A DNA stretch of 36,935 nt from a virus (Duplodnaviria; Caudoviricetes): IMG/VR virus record IMGVR_UViG_3300028587_000018, positions 1 to 36,935 of that record; one strand, written 5' to 3'. The translations under genes and the position numbers were made by a program. Below are positions 33,753-36,935 of the stretch, in pieces (position 1 is the stretch's first letter; every line of letters starts with the position of its first letter). The notes under the pieces were generated by a model that saw nothing but the letters and a program-made list of their open reading frames with translations, was not told the DNA's origin and did not search any database.

Positions 33753-34435
33753 CGTCTCCACCGAGAAATCCCGTCCGCGTTGAGTGCCACCCCGCCCACG
33801 TCATTGGACTCCACGAAGGCGACAGGGGCCTCGTCCCGGATGGGGGCGCTCGCCTCGATGCGCGCCGTCTCCCGCGCCAGCAACATCTCCAGCGCCGACG
33901 TATCCCGCTCCTCCTTCGTCAGGAGGATGACGGCTGCCTGGAGGCAGGCCCACTGTTCCCAACCGTTGGGGTAGTTGCGGGTGTCGGCATCATTCACGAG
34001 TTCACCCATTTGCGGGTAGTAAGTGAGGATCGCCTGGGTGTTCGCGGGCATCGCTGGGAGGAATTTCAGCTCGGCGCCGAGGATTCTGTACTTCACCGCG
34101 TCCACCGTCACCGGAGTGGTGAGGTTGCGGAGGGTGTTTCGCTCCGCGAGCATGTACGGCTTCAGGTCCGTCCAGGTGCTGTCCGTGCGCCGGACATCCA
34201 CCGCGACGAGTTTGTAGAAGTCCTCGGGGAGTGGGTACGAGGTGCCACTGAACGCGGTGGGGAACTCCACCACGAAGTAGTCCGCCCACGTCTTGTGGAG
34301 GAGGTCATCCAGCGCCCAGAGCGAGCGGTTGATGTGGCCCTTGAGCTCAAGGTCATCTACGAACTCCGAGTCATCCTCGAGGTCCGCCAACACTCGCACC
34401 CGGGTTCTCAACTCCGCCAGCGTCACCACTCCCAT
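33749..34435 (-). CDS. Head-tail adaptor protein
   Basis: TLAELRTRVRVLAD...SYPLPEDFYKL motifs; position after capsid. Confidence 0.75.
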   Translation of the reverse strand: MGVVTLAELRTRVRVLADLEDDSEFVDDLELKGHINRSLWALDDLLHKTWADYFVVEFPTAFSGTSYPLPEDFYKLVAVDVRRTDSTWTDLKPYMLAERNTLRNLTTPVTVDAVKYRILGAELKFLPAMPANTQAILTYYPQMGELVNDADTRNYPNGWEQWACLQAAVILLTKEERDTSALEMLLARETARIEASAPIRDEAPVAFVESNDVGGVALNADGISRWRR

Positions 34436-34438
34436 GTG

Positions 34439-34672
34439 CTACTCCTCCTCGTACATCCGGCACGCGTCCATGAGCGTCCGGAAGGCGCTCACCTGCGCAT
34501 CCACGTCATCACCCTTGAGCGACTCGCGGAAGGCCCCCATGGCGTCCCGCGCGATCTCCCGGTGGCTGGCGTCCGACTCCTCCGCCTCGCCATCCTCCCC
34601 CTCCCCGCCAGGTTCATCCATCCCAATCAGGAGGGCGCCGATGTCGAGGTCCTTCTTGCCGTCCTTCTTCAT
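34439..34672 (-). CDS. Small acidic protein
   Basis: GGAG RBS, ATG 34672. Confidence 0.7.
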   Translation of the reverse strand: MKKDGKKDLDIGALLIGMDEPGGEGEDGEAEESDASHREIARDAMGAFRESLKGDDVDAQVSAFRTLMDACRMYEEE

Positions 34673-34682
34673 GCTCGTCTCC

Positions 34683-34738
34683 AAGAAGAAAGCCCCTCCC
34701 CTGTACCCGGCTCATCGCCTGGAGGGAAGAGGCGTTTC
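34683..34738 (-). terminator. Terminator/attenuator downstream of the capsid gene
   Basis: GCCTCTTCCCT/AGGGGAGGGGC stem plus TTTCTTCTT. Confidence 0.65.
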
Positions 34739-34769
34739 GTTCACAACGCAACTCTCTCGGTGAGGCGGA

Positions 34770-35981
34770 CTAGATGGCGGGCAGCGTCACCACGCCGTTC
34801 TCATCCGGCGCATCGCACTTCAGGTTGGCCCAGTAGCGCATCATCGCCTCGAAGGCGTCCGCGTCCGACACGCGCAGCATCTTGAGGCCGTCCTCGTTCG
34901 CCAGGTGCGGCGCATCGCCCATAGACATGAGCGTCCACGTGTCGATGTTCACCCGGTAGGCGAAGCCCTTCGGGAAGTACGGGTCGCACACAGCAATGGA
35001 GCCGTCCTCCAACTGGAGGCCGACGATGCCGATCTTGTACTCGTTCTCCACGTTCACGAGGCGCTTCTTATCCTCCTGCTCGCGCTCCAGCTGGATCCAG
35101 TCCGCGGGTGAGAGGATGACGTGCGTCGTCTCGGCCGTGTACACTTGGAACTCCTCGCCAGAGGACAGGAGCGCCTCGGTGTGCGTCGCCTCGCCGGAGA
35201 CGTCCACGCGGATGCCGGCAAGCTGGCGGGGGTTCGTGCTGCGATCCACGCCGCCGAAGGGGGCGTCACCCACCGTGGGGGCCACGACGGGAATCCACGC
35301 CTGAATGCCCTGGATCTTCGCGTCGTAGTCGCCCTCGGCGTACACGAAGTCATCCACCACGGGCGCCCAGCCGCCCTCTGCGGTGAAGGCGATGCGCGGA
35401 TCGGTGCGCGAGTCGCTGACGCCCGTCACGAGGGCCCGGCCGGCGCGGATGGTGCCAGCGCTTCCGGTGCGGGTGGGGTTGGTCTCCAGGTACATGCCCA
35501 CCTGGAAGTGCACCAAGTCCCGCCAGTCGTTCAGCCGGAAGGTGCCAGCCGTGGTGGTGGGAGGGATGGCGGAGATCTTCCCGATGCGCCCGGAGCCGTC
35601 CCCGGCCACCGCCGACGCCAGGGAGCGCTTGATGTTGCGCATCGTGTTCTTCATGGCGTGCTCGAGCGCCGGGACGACGCCTCCGCCTGCCCGGGCCGCG
35701 GCCATGTCCTTGGCGTCGATGCGGGCCCAGGAGTAGTCGTTCTTGTAGTCGAAGGCGAAGCGCTTGCCAGTGCCTCCGTTGTTGTTGGCCTTGCCCACGG
35801 CGAAGTCGGCCGAGCGCCCACCGCCCGCCGTCGTCTGGATGGCCACCTCGAAGAGGGAGCCATTCGCCTTCGTGTCCTTCTTCATCAGCGCGAGGAAGGT
35901 GTTCTTCGGGTCGCGGTACGTGGCGTCCGCGAGCCCGTCAGGGAACATCTGGTTCAGCAGGTAGGCAAAGGTATCCGCCAT
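34770..35981 (-). CDS. Major capsid protein
   Basis: 403 aa after scaffold, followed by a terminator; strongly biased codons; GDGSG motif, C-terminal P..NGV. Confidence 0.85.
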   Translation of the reverse strand: MADTFAYLLNQMFPDGLADATYRDPKNTFLALMKKDTKANGSLFEVAIQTTAGGGRSADFAVGKANNNGGTGKRFAFDYKNDYSWARIDAKDMAAARAGGGVVPALEHAMKNTMRNIKRSLASAVAGDGSGRIGKISAIPPTTTAGTFRLNDWRDLVHFQVGMYLETNPTRTGSAGTIRAGRALVTGVSDSRTDPRIAFTAEGGWAPVVDDFVYAEGDYDAKIQGIQAWIPVVAPTVGDAPFGGVDRSTNPRQLAGIRVDVSGEATHTEALLSSGEEFQVYTAETTHVILSPADWIQLEREQEDKKRLVNVENEYKIGIVGLQLEDGSIAVCDPYFPKGFAYRVNIDTWTLMSMGDAPHLANEDGLKMLRVSDADAFEAMMRYWANLKCDAPDENGVVTLPAI

Positions 35982-36014
35982 GGGGTCTCCATGCCGGACG
36001 CTTTGCCCGGCGGG

Positions 36015-36935
36015 TTACGGCTTCTTGAAGAGAGTTCCGGCGCGCTCCAGGGCACTGAGGTGCCGGATGCGCTCCGTGTGGGTCATCTTCCGCAGGTCCG
36101 GCGCGCTCGGCTCCCCCAGGCTTCCTGGGGTACCAGTACGCGGCGGTTTCGGTGTGGCCTGGGTGCTGGCCGACACAGCAGGTGCGGATGAGGTGGGCTT
36201 TGCGCCCCCCTTGACTCCAGCCATCTTCCCTCGGGCCCATGGGGTTTGCAAGACCCACCCCATCTCCGCCTCCAACGCCGCTTGCTCTTCGCGAGCTGCT
36301 TCCAGGACGAGTTCCGCCCCCTTTTGCTGCCTCTGCTCAGGCTTCATGCTGGCGAGTTCCGCCGAGACGCCCTTCATCTTCCCCACCCATCGGGCTTGGA
36401 GACGGGCGTCTTTCTCGGGGTGGGCGAGCAGGAGCGGGAGTTCCGCCGCGACGGCCTTCACCGCCTCGAAGCCCGCCGAGTAGACGCGGGTGGCCACCTC
36501 CTGCTTCTGGCGCTCCACGAGGGTGGTCTCGGCATCCAGACGTCGCTTCTCTATCTCCCCCAGGCGCTTCTCCAGGGCCTCCACCACTGGCCCCTGCTTC
36601 TCCAGCGCCTCCAACCTGGCGAGCTTCTCCTGCACGGTCTTGGGGAGTGCGGCGAGCGCTGCGGCCTCATCCTGCGACCCCACCACGTCGTTGGTGATCG
36701 ACTTGTACGCTTCGAGGAAGCCCTCACCGGTGAGGCGCTTGAATGCCTCGGCTGGGTTGCTCTTCGCGAGCGCCTCCAACTCCAGAATCGGCTTGAGCGC
36801 CTCCTCGCGCTTGGCCAACTCCGCCTCCTTCCCCTTCAGGGCGACGGTGCGTCGGACAGCGGCGTCCAACGCCTTGGTGGGCTTCTGGCCATCTCCGGGC
36901 GGGGCGGCAGGGGCTGCGGTTGCCGAGGGCTGGGG
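36015..36935 (-). CDS. Scaffold protein (5' end at the other end of the window)
   Basis: Coiled-coil, Pro-rich linker, C-terminal helix MTHTERIRHL; frame open to the window edge. Confidence 0.75.
   Translation of the reverse strand, partial: PQPSATAAPAAPPGDGQKPTKALDAAVRRTVALKGKEAELAKREEALKPILELEALAKSNPAEAFKRLTGEGFLEAYKSITNDVVGSQDEAAALAALPKTVQEKLARLEALEKQGPVVEALEKRLGEIEKRRLDAETTLVERQKQEVATRVYSAGFEAVKAVAAELPLLLAHPEKDARLQARWVGKMKGVSAELASMKPEQRQQKGAELVLEAAREEQAALEAEMGWVLQTPWARGKMAGVKGGAKPTSSAPAVSASTQATPKPPRTGTPGSLGEPSAPDLRKMTHTERIRHLSALERAGTLFKKP

Noticed and set aside
34746-34755. Fourth ACGCAACTC copy
   Set aside because: No GATAAT-like box downstream and it points antisense into the capsid gene; the copies near 4571 and 32965 also lack promoter context

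Overview
The window looks like an essentially complete, circularly permuted genome of a GC-rich, short-tailed (podovirus-type) dsDNA phage, opened inside the scaffold gene. A myxobacterial host is inferred, mainly from a Cys-rich domain typical of myxobacterial Ser/Thr kinases. The minus-strand late arm runs terS, GNAT acetyltransferase, terL and portal, then wraps across the window ends to scaffold, major capsid, adaptor, nozzle, three ejection-type proteins and three exported/membrane proteins. A divergent early region around 13.5 kb has a ribbon-helix-helix regulator, with YqaJ/RecT leftward and a DNA methyltransferase, GIY-YIG, lambda-O-like initiator, HNH, VRR-NUC and MazG-like genes rightward. 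I could not recognise an integrase, CI-type repressor, endolysin or long tail fibre. The most unusual elements are: (1) a tRNA-shaped RNA with its own promoter and terminator but a non-canonical anticodon loop and acceptor end (9172-9244); (2) a structured ncRNA, pyrimidine tract and leaderless truncated paralog of the replication initiator (6181-7032); (3) a kinase-less copy of a myxobacterial kinase sensor domain among exported late proteins; (4) an in-frame TGA at an apparent Cys position (21024); (5) a switch-like leader RNA with a rare-codon mini-ORF (14303-14410); and (6) a recurring ACGCAAC/TTGCGT promoter element. All calls were made by eye, without database searches.
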